The notes under the pieces are model-generated. The model did not search any database and was not told where the DNA came from. It worked only from the letters and a program-made list of their open reading frames with translations. From the NCBI GenBank assembly GCA_943788675.1, contig CALSRE010000002.1:137371-201370 (forward strand): DNA of 64,000 nucleotides. Direction: 5' to 3'. Made by a program: the position numbers and the translations under genes. Each line of letters starts with the position of its first letter. Positions within the stretch are counted from its first letter, which is position 1. Below are positions 17,398-27,170 of this stretch, in pieces. This stretch comes from an uncultured bacterium (GTDB lineage Bacteria; Fidelibacterota; Marinisomatia; Marinisomatales; Marinisomataceae).

Positions 17398-18378
17398 TTA
17401 ATTCATGAGATTTTTTAAAAAAAAATCAGCAGCAAATTGAAATGATTGTCCTCTAGCATCGTCATTTCCACCCATCGTTGGTCCTCTTCCTGCGCAAGTT
17501 AATAATGCCAACTTTTGTCTTATAGGAGTGTTGATTGGAATATTCCAAAATTCGCTTAGAAATAAAGTGCCTTGATCATCCATTGGAAAGAAACAATCTC
17601 CAAGTGTATATCCATTCTCCATTGTGGTTAACTCCATTTCTCTATCAAAAGAGTGGTGAGCATCTTCATATATAGTAATATCTATATTATGCGGTAATCC
17701 ACTTTCATTTAACTTGCCTAAAAGATTTGTACATGCAGAGGCAGGCACCCAGTCATCTAATTCTCCAATGAGAATATGTACAGGTGCTTGACTAAAAATC
17801 ATGGACTCTGCTGGGTGAGGATATGCTAAACACCCTGGATAAATTGGTAAGTGAGCAGCAAATCTAAATTCTCCATTATCTATAGCATTTATTAATGGCA
17901 TCCAGGCAGAATATAATGACACAGTGCCACCTAAACTCCATCCAGTTATTCCAACTCTATTAATATCGATATTCGAATGTGTAGATAGTGTTTCAAGGGC
18001 AAGATAGCTATCAAGAATCATCATGGCAGATGTAACTTCTACCTGACTACCAACTGTAGACTGAATGTCTCTACTGTCAAAACTTTGCAATTGAAACGTG
18101 GCAAACCCCAATGAACGATACATTTCTAAATACTTTAAATGATGAGATCCCCAATTTAAGCTTCCAGCAACACCAATAATTAATGGATATTTTATATCTG
18201 AATCAAAATTTTCTGGAAAAGTTAAAGCGCCAAAAACAGTTTGTTTCTCTTGATTATTTAAATCAGTGATTATCTCTTCAAAAGAAAAAGGATTTGCACT
18301 TTCAAAAGTAATTATTTCATTTAAAGATTCCTGTGCAATTAAAAACGAACTAATTAATAACAACGTCAACTTTTTCAT
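17398..18378 (-). CDS. secreted alpha/beta hydrolase (dienelactone hydrolase-like)
   Basis: Signal peptide, a GWSLGG nucleophile elbow, and distal Asp/His candidates (ELDDWV, AHHSF). Confidence 0.7.
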   Translation of the reverse strand: MKKLTLLLISSFLIAQESLNEIITFESANPFSFEEIITDLNNQEKQTVFGALTFPENFDSDIKYPLIIGVAGSLNWGSHHLKYLEMYRSLGFATFQLQSFDSRDIQSTVGSQVEVTSAMMILDSYLALETLSTHSNIDINRVGITGWSLGGTVSLYSAWMPLINAIDNGEFRFAAHLPIYPGCLAYPHPAESMIFSQAPVHILIGELDDWVPASACTNLLGKLNESGLPHNIDITIYEDAHHSFDREMELTTMENGYTLGDCFFPMDDQGTLFLSEFWNIPINTPIRQKLALLTCAGRGPTMGGNDDARGQSFQFAADFFLKNLMN

Positions 18379-18869
18379 TTCTTCTCCAATAATTGTAAAT
18401 AAGATTTAAATAATAATCCTCCGCCTCCACTATACCCCACAAGATCCCCTTTGCTTCCTACAATTCGATGACATGGAATAATAATAGGAATCTTATTAGA
18501 CCCACTGGCTCTACCAACCGCACGAGCAGATTTAGGCTCTTTTATTTTTACAGCAACCTGTTTATAACTTCTTGTTTCTCCATAGGGAATTTTAGACATC
18601 TCACTAAAAACTTTTTTTGAAAAACTTGATCCACTAACAGATGTTGGTATGTCAAATTTTTTTAACTTCTGATCAAAATAAGCAGTTAATTGATTTTGAA
18701 CCTCTTTTCCCAGTTTTGTAGAGCTATTATTTAGGATTTTTAAGGATAATTGGGTATATAGTAGTTGATTTTTATGATCGGCAAATGTCAATTCATATAA
18801 TTGTTCATCACTATAAATAATTCTAAAATAGAATGGCAAGTTTGGTATTTGAAAAATCTTTTTGTTCAT
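18375..18869 (-). CDS. ogt: methylated-DNA--protein-cysteine methyltransferase
   Basis: IPYGETRSYKQVA and the IPCHRIV (PCHR active site) motifs. The ATG at 18869 forms an ATGA overlap with the upstream stop. Confidence 0.9.
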   Translation of the reverse strand: MNKKIFQIPNLPFYFRIIYSDEQLYELTFADHKNQLLYTQLSLKILNNSSTKLGKEVQNQLTAYFDQKLKKFDIPTSVSGSSFSKKVFSEMSKIPYGETRSYKQVAVKIKEPKSARAVGRASGSNKIPIIIPCHRIVGSKGDLVGYSGGGGLLFKSYLQLLEKK

Positions 18870-19195
18870 GACCAATAATTAATATCGTCATGAATTTGTA
18901 CTATTTGGATTCTCATTTTTTTATACCATTGCTTCCCGTGTTTTTTTGCTTCAATATGTAAAAAATCTTTTCTCCATATATCAATACTTTTCAAGTCTTT
19001 CCAATAAGAAATAAAAGTATTTTGATTTCCATCGCCAAATTTATCATATCCTAAATAGCCTGGAACATCCACAACCGCATCAATGGTTTTTTTATCCATA
19101 TCTTCATATCCATCAAGGTTGTCACTTAATTGATAAGAAAAAATTACTGCATAATTTCCTTGAACATTATTGGGTACTTGGTGAGGATTAATCAT
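18866..19195 (-). CDS. ABM (antibiotic biosynthesis monooxygenase-like) domain protein
   Basis: 109 aa with a ...PGYLGYDKF...FISYWKDLKSIDIWRKD pattern typical of the ABM/ferredoxin-like fold. Confidence 0.5.
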   Translation of the reverse strand: MINPHQVPNNVQGNYAVIFSYQLSDNLDGYEDMDKKTIDAVVDVPGYLGYDKFGDGNQNTFISYWKDLKSIDIWRKDFLHIEAKKHGKQWYKKMRIQIVQIHDDINYWS

Positions 19196-19217
19196 AAGCT
19201 AATGACCAAATATTTCA

Positions 19218-19529
19218 TTACAGCTTTACAGCTGTTCCATAAATGAAAATTTCAGAAGCTCCTGCTTGAAGCATTGAAGTTGTAAAACGTACCCCAACGA
19301 TGGCATCCGCATTCATCTCTTCTGCTCTTAAAATCATTCTATCCATTGCTTGCTGTCTAGACTCAGCCATTAGCTTTGAATATTCAGTTATTTCTCCACC
19401 AACAACATTTCTAAGTCCAGCCAAAATATCTTTTCCTAAATGTCGCGCTCTTATAGATTGACCGCTTACAACTCCTAACACTTTTGACACTGATTTATTT
19501 TCAATTTTTTCTTGAGTGGTTATAATCAT
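19218..19529 (-). CDS. YbjQ/UPF0145 family protein
   Basis: 103 aa containing LGVVSGQSIRARHLGKDILAGLRNVVGGEI.EY...R..A...M...A...GA.AIVGVRF, characteristic of YbjQ_1. Confidence 0.85.
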   Translation of the reverse strand: MIITTQEKIENKSVSKVLGVVSGQSIRARHLGKDILAGLRNVVGGEITEYSKLMAESRQQAMDRMILRAEEMNADAIVGVRFTTSMLQAGASEIFIYGTAVKL

Positions 19530-19732
19530 TACTTATCAATCTCCTTTGAATAGTATGAATCTTCTTTATTATTTAAACGATCTTTGAGCACCTTGATAAA
19601 TAGTATAAGCAATCCTGATGAAGCCAATAAAAGCAATAAACCATCAGGATAAAAAACTTCAACATCAGCAATGATAAAGTTGATTATCAATACATAAAAT
19701 CCAATTAACAATATATACCCTAATTTTTCCAT
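19529..19732 (-). CDS. small 2-TM membrane protein, unknown function
   Basis: I chose the internal ATG (MEKLGYILLIGF...) because the longer track ORF would overlap the divergent TlpA-like gene start. The protein is hydrophobic, and its stop overlaps the YbjQ start by 1 nt. Confidence 0.4.
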   Translation of the reverse strand: MEKLGYILLIGFYVLIINFIIADVEVFYPDGLLLLLASSGLLILFIKVLKDRLNNKEDSYYSKEIDK

Positions 19733-19784
19733 ACAAGACAATTTAAGTAGTTTATTTAAAAAAACTATAATATTATCAGGAACT

Positions 19785-20414
19785 ATGGACGCAAAAAAAC
19801 TATATGTTATCATCCTAGGAATGGGAATTGCTCTTGCTTTTTTAGGCTATAAATATGTTACCACAAATAATGATTTAAAAAAATACAAGGGGTACTATAA
19901 AGACCTTTCTATTACATATTTGAATGAGATTATGCAAGCACCGGCATTAGAGCCATCTTTAAAAGATGGGAATATTATTTCTATAGATTTTGAAACCAAT
20001 GCTTTGCAATTCACTAATCTTGATAACAAAATGTTTTCAATCCAAGATTTTAAAGGAAAAACTCTTTTTATTAATTATTGGGCTACTTGGTGCAATCCTT
20101 GCTTAGCTGAAATGCCTTCAATGGCTGACTTATATGAACGTTACAGCAGCAATGATGCTATCGTTTTCTTATATCTCTCAAGAGAAGAACTAAAAACAAT
20201 TCAAGAATACATTCCTAAAGATGAATCGCTTCAAAAACTTCCAATATATAAAGTCGTTACAGATGATGAATTTTTTGCCACTACTGGAATTCCAACAACT
20301 TTTATTATTAATTCAAGCGGAGATCTGATTGTCAAAGATGTCGGAAGTGCATTTTGGAATGACCAATCAGTATTTAATTTTATCGATAACTTATTAGGAA
20401 TTGATGAAGTCTAA
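19785..20414 (+). CDS. TlpA/ResA-like thiol:disulfide oxidoreductase (membrane anchored thioredoxin fold)
   Basis: N-terminal TM segment and a WATWCNPC (CxxC) active site. An AGGA SD lies 5 nt upstream and TATAAT lies at 19766-19771. Confidence 0.85.
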   Translation: MDAKKLYVIILGMGIALAFLGYKYVTTNNDLKKYKGYYKDLSITYLNEIMQAPALEPSLKDGNIISIDFETNALQFTNLDNKMFSIQDFKGKTLFINYWATWCNPCLAEMPSMADLYERYSSNDAIVFLYLSREELKTIQEYIPKDESLQKLPIYKVVTDDEFFATTGIPTTFIINSSGDLIVKDVGSAFWNDQSVFNFIDNLLGIDEV

Positions 20415-21999
20415 TATTTTAATTAATACAGATAATAAATTTCCATATTTAGGCAATGGTATCAATTTCGATGAAAAACTTTTTGGGTTAACCTTTGATG
20501 CTTCATTGATACAAAAAACATCTGAACTCATTTGGAAACCAAACTCAACGCTTCCATATTCGACTTTAAAGAAACTTCCAGCTCCCTATACTTGCTTATC
20601 TGATATAGCAGAAGAAATGGCAGTAAATAATTTTGGTAAGACAGGGTTGATTGGTAAAAATTCATTACTTGAAGAAGTCAAAGCATTGGACGATTCCTTG
20701 ATGGATAGATTTATTTTAGATGTTCAAAATCATATTACACACCCAACGCATGAATCAGCTGAGCTTATAGCTAATGTGAGATGTTGGTCTTCTTGGCTTG
20801 CTAATGGTGTAAAAATTGAACCTATTTTTAATGGAAGCAAAAAAGCGTGTTCATTCATTCCATGGCCTCTATCTGGCTTACTCTTACTTTCATCTAGAAT
20901 CATTGGGCAACAACCGGAGTTTGAATATGCTGCTGACTATGTTTTAAGGTCAGGTATTTTACCAAAAGATGAATTAGATGACTACAGCGATATAAATCAA
21001 AATATTGACTATATAAGATCAATAAAGCCTGTAGTTGCTTTTCATGATTTTGACGGAAATGAACAAGGCTTTAGAATGACCCATCTTGCGATGGAACGAA
21101 CTTCTCAAATGATGATAGAAAATGCATTATTTGGAGTGGAAAATGAAGATATCAAAGAGAATCTTGAAAAGATTGAACTAGCAACAATGCAATCTAATCA
21201 ATTGTTCAATGCAATGTGGAAAGTAAGCGAGCCTTTACTTTACAACAAAGAAGTTAGAATCTTTATTCAAGGGCTTTTTGGAAATCAAGGCAGTATCTAT
21301 TCAAATAATGGTCTCTTTTTTGAAAAATGTGGTGATAGATATAGTGAAGAATTTAAAGCCAGTGGTTTATTTATTTCAGATTTGCACGGTCAAACGGGTG
21401 CAAATAGCTCCTACCATCCAATTGCTGATGAGATTACAGGAGTTGGTGATCATACGCATGCTTACATAGCAGATAAGCATGTTGACAACTCAATTATTAA
21501 AAGCGTTCTTGAAAAAGGATATGTTGGTGCTAGCGATTTGCCTAAGGATGCTAATGTAGACTCTCTTACAAAGCTTTTAAAATCATTCAGAGTTGGATAT
21601 AGACCACCAGCACATCATAGTATGATTGTAAGAACAAGAAATATTCTTCAAAATTCTGATTATTTTTCCAGAATTGAGTCAAATAACGAATATAAAAAAA
21701 TACTGGCCAGTTCAGTTAGATGGATTATTCAGCACAGAATAGATCATTATAAAATGGTAGTCAGCTATATATTAAGAGCGCCAGATCCGTATAAACATCA
21801 AACCAAAGCAAAAGGTACTGGCGGAACACCTACTCCAACCTTCCTTCCAAAGATGTTTACGCATAGCATTGATAGGCTTCAAAATTTAGTTGAAAATGAA
21901 AATCTACCATGGGCTGATAAGTTAATCAATATTACTTCTAATCATGAAACTGCGATGCAGCAATTTCAAAAAATTGCTCTTGAATCAGAAACAGATTAA
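20404..21999 (+). CDS. indoleamine 2,3-dioxygenase (IDO)-like heme dioxygenase
   Basis: The C-terminal half aligns by eye with landmark segments of human IDO1: GQTGANSS ~ GGSAGQSS, YRPPAHHSMI ~ YMPPAHRNFL, RIDHYKMVVSYIL ~ RSYHLQIVTKYIL (proximal heme His conserved), and AKGTGGT is identical. The ATG at 20404 overlaps the upstream gene by 11 nt. Confidence 0.8.
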   Translation: MKSNILINTDNKFPYLGNGINFDEKLFGLTFDASLIQKTSELIWKPNSTLPYSTLKKLPAPYTCLSDIAEEMAVNNFGKTGLIGKNSLLEEVKALDDSLMDRFILDVQNHITHPTHESAELIANVRCWSSWLANGVKIEPIFNGSKKACSFIPWPLSGLLLLSSRIIGQQPEFEYAADYVLRSGILPKDELDDYSDINQNIDYIRSIKPVVAFHDFDGNEQGFRMTHLAMERTSQMMIENALFGVENEDIKENLEKIELATMQSNQLFNAMWKVSEPLLYNKEVRIFIQGLFGNQGSIYSNNGLFFEKCGDRYSEEFKASGLFISDLHGQTGANSSYHPIADEITGVGDHTHAYIADKHVDNSIIKSVLEKGYVGASDLPKDANVDSLTKLLKSFRVGYRPPAHHSMIVRTRNILQNSDYFSRIESNNEYKKILASSVRWIIQHRIDHYKMVVSYILRAPDPYKHQTKAKGTGGTPTPTFLPKMFTHSIDRLQNLVENENLPWADKLINITSNHETAMQQFQKIALESETD

Positions 22000-24236
22000 A
22001 AAGTTTCAGGGACTAGATGTTCAATAAAAAAATCGGTCATCTTTTTATATAAATGATATCTATTTTTCCAACCATCTGCAGGATTTTCTTGGGTTAGAAA
22101 ATTATTATTATACATTCCATGGTTAGCATTTGGATATATAAACATTTCCATATCTTTTCCATGTTCAGCGTACGCTTTTGCTAGCTTCAATGAATGTTGA
22201 TGATGAACATTGTCATCTGCATTTCCATGTATTTGTAATAAGTGGCCTTTTGCCTTATCTACATGTGTTAATACTGAAGCATTTTTATATCCTTCAGGAT
22301 TATCTTCAATAAGACCCATATATCTTTCAGTCCAAATTGTATCATAAAGTAATGGCTCAACATTAGGTGCGATAGAGATACCAGCTTTGTAATAATCACT
22401 AGCTAAAGTCATGCACATATTGGTTAAATATCCACCTCCGCTCCAACCCCAAATTCCAATATTATCTGCATCAACATAAGTTAACCCCTGAAGATATTTT
22501 GCAGCAGATATGTGATCTTTCACTAAATATTTTCCATAATCTCCGTAAGCTAAATCTTTAAAGGCTTTACCTCTTCCGCCTGTACCCCTATTGTCAAATG
22601 AAAAAATAATGAAATCTCTGCTGGCAAAAAATTGATGTAAAGTATGACTACCAGCTCCCCATCGATTCATCACTAATTGAGATCCTGGTCCACCATAATT
22701 ATATAAAATTACTGGATATTGTTTCATAGGATCAAAATTATGTGGGTATGTTATCAAGGCATTCAGTCTAGTTCCATCATCTGCAAAAATATTAATTAAT
22801 TGAGGATATGTTAAACCAAGGTTATCAAACTTTGATTTATCAGTTTCTTTTAAGACTCTTACAATTTTTCCACTATTTTGTCTTAAAAATGTTTTTGGTG
22901 GAATAGTTAAGCTTGAATATCCGTTAATAAAATAATTTAAAGTAGGAGAAAAAGCTGCGGAATGTGAACCATTTTCTTTGGTAATTCTTTTTAACTTTGA
23001 ACCGTTAAATCGAACAGAGTACAAATGGTTTTCTGTTTCAGTCTCTTTCTTACCGGTGAAATAAATAATTTCTTTTTTGTAGTCTATTGCATTTATAGAA
23101 CTAACCTCCCATTCACCTCTCGTAATCTGGTTAAGGAATCTTCCATCAGGTCTATTTCGATAAATATGCTTGAATCCATCTCTTTCAGAAAGCCAAATAA
23201 TTTCACCACTTTCCAAAATAGCAAAACTAAAACCTCCTCTTGTTGTCCATGTTCCAATTTCTTGAGGAACTGTAAAAGGATCTCTATCAATCCATGAATC
23301 ATTAGAGTCATTAAGAATTAATTCTCCATTATTCATCGTAAAATCATACCTATATAGATTCCAATCATTTTGCTTGCGATTAAGAGTTGCAAAAAAAAGA
23401 TTTTCTGAATTATCTTGCCAAATTATATCAGGTATATAGTATGCAGTATCTGGAAGATTAACAGATCTGTATTCTTTATTCTCTAAATCTAAAATACTTA
23501 TTGATACTACTGGATTATCTTCTCCGGTTTTTGGATAACGGATATACTTTACTACAGGATACTGAGATTCATAATCTACAAGTGGATATTTTTTAACGTA
23601 AGTTTGGTCTTCTCTAATAAATGCGATATGTTTGCTATTAGGACTCCATTTATAAGAATCATATGTGCCAAATTCTTCTTCGTATACCCATCCAAAATGT
23701 CCATTTAAAATATTCTCACTTCCATCAAAAGTAAGCTGCTCTTCAAGGTTACTAGCTAAAGAAAAAAGATATAAATTATTATCTTCTCTAACAAAAGCAA
23801 TATTTTCTGAGTCTGGGGAAAACTTAACATTCCTCAATCTATCAGGGTTAGAAGTAACAGAAGTTAAGGAGTTTGATTCTATATCAAAAATATAGTACGA
23901 ACCATATGAGGAATGTCTCCAGATTTTAACTGAATTTTTTTTTAATAATAATTTTTTTTGATTTGGACTAAATGAATATGAGAAGTTATTTATTAGAGAC
24001 TTTGGAATGCTAAATGATTTGGTTGTATCATTTGAAGCAAGATTATAAATGTAAAAATCTAACCCACTATCACTCTTTGTTGAAAAATAATATGCATCCG
24101 TACTATTTTTCCATGTATACTTACCTATAGATTCCGTACTAAAAGTACCATCTAAAACACTTTTAAGCGGTATCTCTCCCTGTGAAAAAATATTGCTTAT
24201 CATCATAGTTGCAAAAATGTATATTTTATATCTCAT
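21996..24236 (-). CDS. dipeptidyl-peptidase IV family serine peptidase (S9B)
   Basis: 746 aa with a signal peptide, a DPPIV-type beta-propeller N-terminal region, and a GIWGWSGGGY nucleophile motif with distal D/H (GNADDNVHHQHS). Confidence 0.88.
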   Translation of the reverse strand: MRYKIYIFATMMISNIFSQGEIPLKSVLDGTFSTESIGKYTWKNSTDAYYFSTKSDSGLDFYIYNLASNDTTKSFSIPKSLINNFSYSFSPNQKKLLLKKNSVKIWRHSSYGSYYIFDIESNSLTSVTSNPDRLRNVKFSPDSENIAFVREDNNLYLFSLASNLEEQLTFDGSENILNGHFGWVYEEEFGTYDSYKWSPNSKHIAFIREDQTYVKKYPLVDYESQYPVVKYIRYPKTGEDNPVVSISILDLENKEYRSVNLPDTAYYIPDIIWQDNSENLFFATLNRKQNDWNLYRYDFTMNNGELILNDSNDSWIDRDPFTVPQEIGTWTTRGGFSFAILESGEIIWLSERDGFKHIYRNRPDGRFLNQITRGEWEVSSINAIDYKKEIIYFTGKKETETENHLYSVRFNGSKLKRITKENGSHSAAFSPTLNYFINGYSSLTIPPKTFLRQNSGKIVRVLKETDKSKFDNLGLTYPQLINIFADDGTRLNALITYPHNFDPMKQYPVILYNYGGPGSQLVMNRWGAGSHTLHQFFASRDFIIFSFDNRGTGGRGKAFKDLAYGDYGKYLVKDHISAAKYLQGLTYVDADNIGIWGWSGGGYLTNMCMTLASDYYKAGISIAPNVEPLLYDTIWTERYMGLIEDNPEGYKNASVLTHVDKAKGHLLQIHGNADDNVHHQHSLKLAKAYAEHGKDMEMFIYPNANHGMYNNNFLTQENPADGWKNRYHLYKKMTDFFIEHLVPETF

Positions 24237-24360
24237 ACGTAAATAATAATTATTTTCTATGTAATAAACTATCCAAATGAATCAAAATTTATGAAATACA
24301 GTTATCAAATTTTTTAATAGGTTTGCAAAAACATTACTGCTGTTATAAATTCCAAACTCT

Positions 24361-26220
24361 ATGGGAATAATAACTAAAATGAGAAATCAAATGCAAATAG
24401 TCATGTGGACTATTTTGATACTATTTGTTACTAGTATGGCAATAGGTGGTTTGGTTGGTGGTGCTAGTGTAAATGATATCTTTAACGGTAACCAAAGTGG
24501 TACTCAAATTGGATCATTAAACAATAAGCCCATTTTTTTAGAGGATTTTAATGCTTTAGTTTCATCTGAAATTAACAGAACTGCTGGCAAAAATAAAAAT
24601 TCACTTTCAGATGAACAAGTTGAATATATTAAGGCAATTGTTTGGGAAAGACTAATTAATGATTTACTAATTCAGGAGCAAATTGAAGTAAATAAAATTA
24701 CAGTTGGTGATAGTGAAATTTTATTTCAAATGCAAAATAATCCTCCTCCTTTTTTAAGATCAAACGATTCTTTTAAGACAAATGGGGATTTTGATTTAGA
24801 AAAATATCTAAATGCCGTGCTTTCGCCAGGACTTGTTGATTGGAAACCTGTTGAAGATTTTATGAAAGAAGTTTATTTACCAAATTACAAACTTCAACAA
24901 TATATTTTAAACTCAGCACATATTAATCCTGAAGATATTTTAAATGATTTTAAAAAGAAATTTGTTGAATATGATTTAGAAATACTTCACATAACTGAAA
25001 ATTCAGTTGATAATGAATTTTTTAATTCAATGACAAATGGAAGACCTACTGATTTAGAAATAAATAATCTTTATGTTAAAAACAAATCAAAGTATGAACA
25101 ATCAGAAAAGCGATACCTAAAATATGTCAGATGGCCTATTGAGCCATCGAAAAATGATTCTCTAAGAGTAGAAATACTAGCAAAAGATTTATTTTTTAGA
25201 GCAAAAAATGGTGATGATTTTGCAAACCTTGCTAATCAGTATACAGATGATCCTGCAAATAATTTAAATCCAAGCAGTCCAAAAGGCGGTAACTTAGGAT
25301 GGTTTTCAAAAGATCAATTTATTCCTGAATTCAGTAATGCAGCTTTTGAGGCAAATAAAGGTGATATTGTAGGCCCCATTTTAACTAATTACGGTTATCA
25401 CTTAATTAAAATTAATGATATAAAGAAAGATGCTAAAAATGATAAAGTTAATGCTTCTCATATTCTTTTAAGAGTTAAACCGGGTAAAGAAACAGAAGAT
25501 GCCATCCAAGGCATTGCTAGCCTATTCTCTTTAGAAGCTTCAGAAAATGGTTTTACTGAAAGTGCTAAAAAAGAAAATCTCGAGATATATGATTCAAATG
25601 GCATTGTCAAACAATCTATTTTTATAGATGAAGCTGTAGGTCCTGTTAGAAATGCAGTTAATTTTGCATTTAATTCATCTCTAGAATCTGTATCAGATGC
25701 TTTTAAAAATGATAATTATTTCTTTGTTTTTTATCTTAATAAAATTGAAGAAAAAAGAATTGCTACAATCCAAGAAGTAAGGGAAGAATTAAAGGAAGAA
25801 TTTTTATCAAATTTAAAAAAAGAACAAGTCAAAATTCTAGCTGAATCTCTTTTTAAAGATTCATCAACTGAAAGAAATCTTTTACAAAAATCTAAGGAAA
25901 ATGAATCTTTTGAATACATTGCAAAAGACACTTCTGTTTTGAATGGAAGTTTTAAATCAATTGGTAAAAGTAGTTTTGTAGTTGGCGCTCTTATGAGTTC
26001 AGAGATTGGAGATGTGATTGGTCCACTGCCCACTATAAGAGGACAAGCATATATTAGAGTTCTTAACAAAACAAAGATAAACCAACAAGATTTTGATGAA
26101 ATGAAAGAATCTATCAAATTTAGTTTATTAATTAATAGACAAAATTTAATATGGGAAAATTGGATTCAAGCGCTAAGGGATGAAGCAAAAATTAAAGACT
26201 ATAGATTTGATATCTTTTAA
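24361..26220 (+). CDS. ppiD: periplasmic chaperone / parvulin-type PPIase, PpiD-like
   Basis: N-terminal membrane anchor and a large SurA-like region, with a PpiC rotamase motif GGNLGWFSKDQFIPEFSNAAF...GPILTNYGYHLIKI. Confidence 0.8.
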   Translation: MGIITKMRNQMQIVMWTILILFVTSMAIGGLVGGASVNDIFNGNQSGTQIGSLNNKPIFLEDFNALVSSEINRTAGKNKNSLSDEQVEYIKAIVWERLINDLLIQEQIEVNKITVGDSEILFQMQNNPPPFLRSNDSFKTNGDFDLEKYLNAVLSPGLVDWKPVEDFMKEVYLPNYKLQQYILNSAHINPEDILNDFKKKFVEYDLEILHITENSVDNEFFNSMTNGRPTDLEINNLYVKNKSKYEQSEKRYLKYVRWPIEPSKNDSLRVEILAKDLFFRAKNGDDFANLANQYTDDPANNLNPSSPKGGNLGWFSKDQFIPEFSNAAFEANKGDIVGPILTNYGYHLIKINDIKKDAKNDKVNASHILLRVKPGKETEDAIQGIASLFSLEASENGFTESAKKENLEIYDSNGIVKQSIFIDEAVGPVRNAVNFAFNSSLESVSDAFKNDNYFFVFYLNKIEEKRIATIQEVREELKEEFLSNLKKEQVKILAESLFKDSSTERNLLQKSKENESFEYIAKDTSVLNGSFKSIGKSSFVVGALMSSEIGDVIGPLPTIRGQAYIRVLNKTKINQQDFDEMKESIKFSLLINRQNLIWENWIQALRDEAKIKDYRFDIF

Positions 26221-27161
26221 TTTTCCCTAAAATAACCAAGCTTATCATATCTTTCGACTCTATTTTCAAGAAAATCTTTATTAATATTTTTCTTTAATTT
26301 ACTAAGCTCGTTCAATATTGCCTTTTTCAATATTGATGCTGTTTCATCAAAATGTCTGTGTGCGCCTCCTGATGGCTCATAAACAATCATATTACAGATA
26401 TTATGCTCCATTAAGTCTTTCGGGGTTAGTTTTAAAGATTCGGCTGCATCAGGAGCTTTTGTTGAGTCTTTCCATAGGATTGATGCGCACCCTTCTGGAC
26501 TAATAACAGAAAACCATGTATGCTCTAGCATAATCATCTTATCGCATAAACCAATTCCTAAAGCACCTCCACTTGCACCCTCTCCAATTACAACTGACAA
26601 AATTTGAGTTTTTATAGAGGACATTTCAAATAAATTATTTGCAATAGCATATCCTTGACCTCTTTCCTCTGCTCCAATACCAGGATCTGCTCCAGGAGTA
26701 TCAATCAAGGTTACAATAGGCAGTTTAAACTTTTCTGCCAATTTCATTACTCTTAAAGCTTTTCTGTATCCTTCAGGCTTCATCATACCAAAATTTCTAA
26801 AAATGTTATCTTTAGTATTTCTTCCTTTTTGCTGTCCTATAATTACTACCTTAGTATCTTCAATAATTCCAATACCAGCAATAACAGCGTTATCATCAGA
26901 AAAAGCCTTATCTCCATGAAGTTCGGTAAAATTATCGCACCAAGCATTGATATAATCGAGTGTATATGGTCTATTAGGATGCCTTGCTAACTGAACAGTT
27001 TCCCAAGGTGAAAGGTTTGAAAAAATATTTTTTTCTAGTCCTTCTCTCTCTTTTATTAATTCATTTAATTTTTCAGGTTCTGTTTCAGAAATAGATAGTT
27101 TTTCTATTTCTATGTCTAAATCTTTAAGTGGTTTTTCAAATGATAAATAATGTTTTTTCAT
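26217..27161 (-). CDS. accA: acetyl-CoA carboxylase carboxyltransferase subunit alpha
   Basis: Contains LDFEKPL-like (SFEKPLKDLD), RHPNRPYTLDY, the segment IDTPGADPGIGAEERGQGYAIA (cf. canonical AccA IDTPGAYPG) and IGEGASGGAL. Confidence 0.95.
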   Translation of the reverse strand: MKKHYLSFEKPLKDLDIEIEKLSISETEPEKLNELIKEREGLEKNIFSNLSPWETVQLARHPNRPYTLDYINAWCDNFTELHGDKAFSDDNAVIAGIGIIEDTKVVIIGQQKGRNTKDNIFRNFGMMKPEGYRKALRVMKLAEKFKLPIVTLIDTPGADPGIGAEERGQGYAIANNLFEMSSIKTQILSVVIGEGASGGALGIGLCDKMIMLEHTWFSVISPEGCASILWKDSTKAPDAAESLKLTPKDLMEHNICNMIVYEPSGGAHRHFDETASILKKAILNELSKLKKNINKDFLENRVERYDKLGYFREN

Positions 27162-27170
27162 CTTTTTAGC

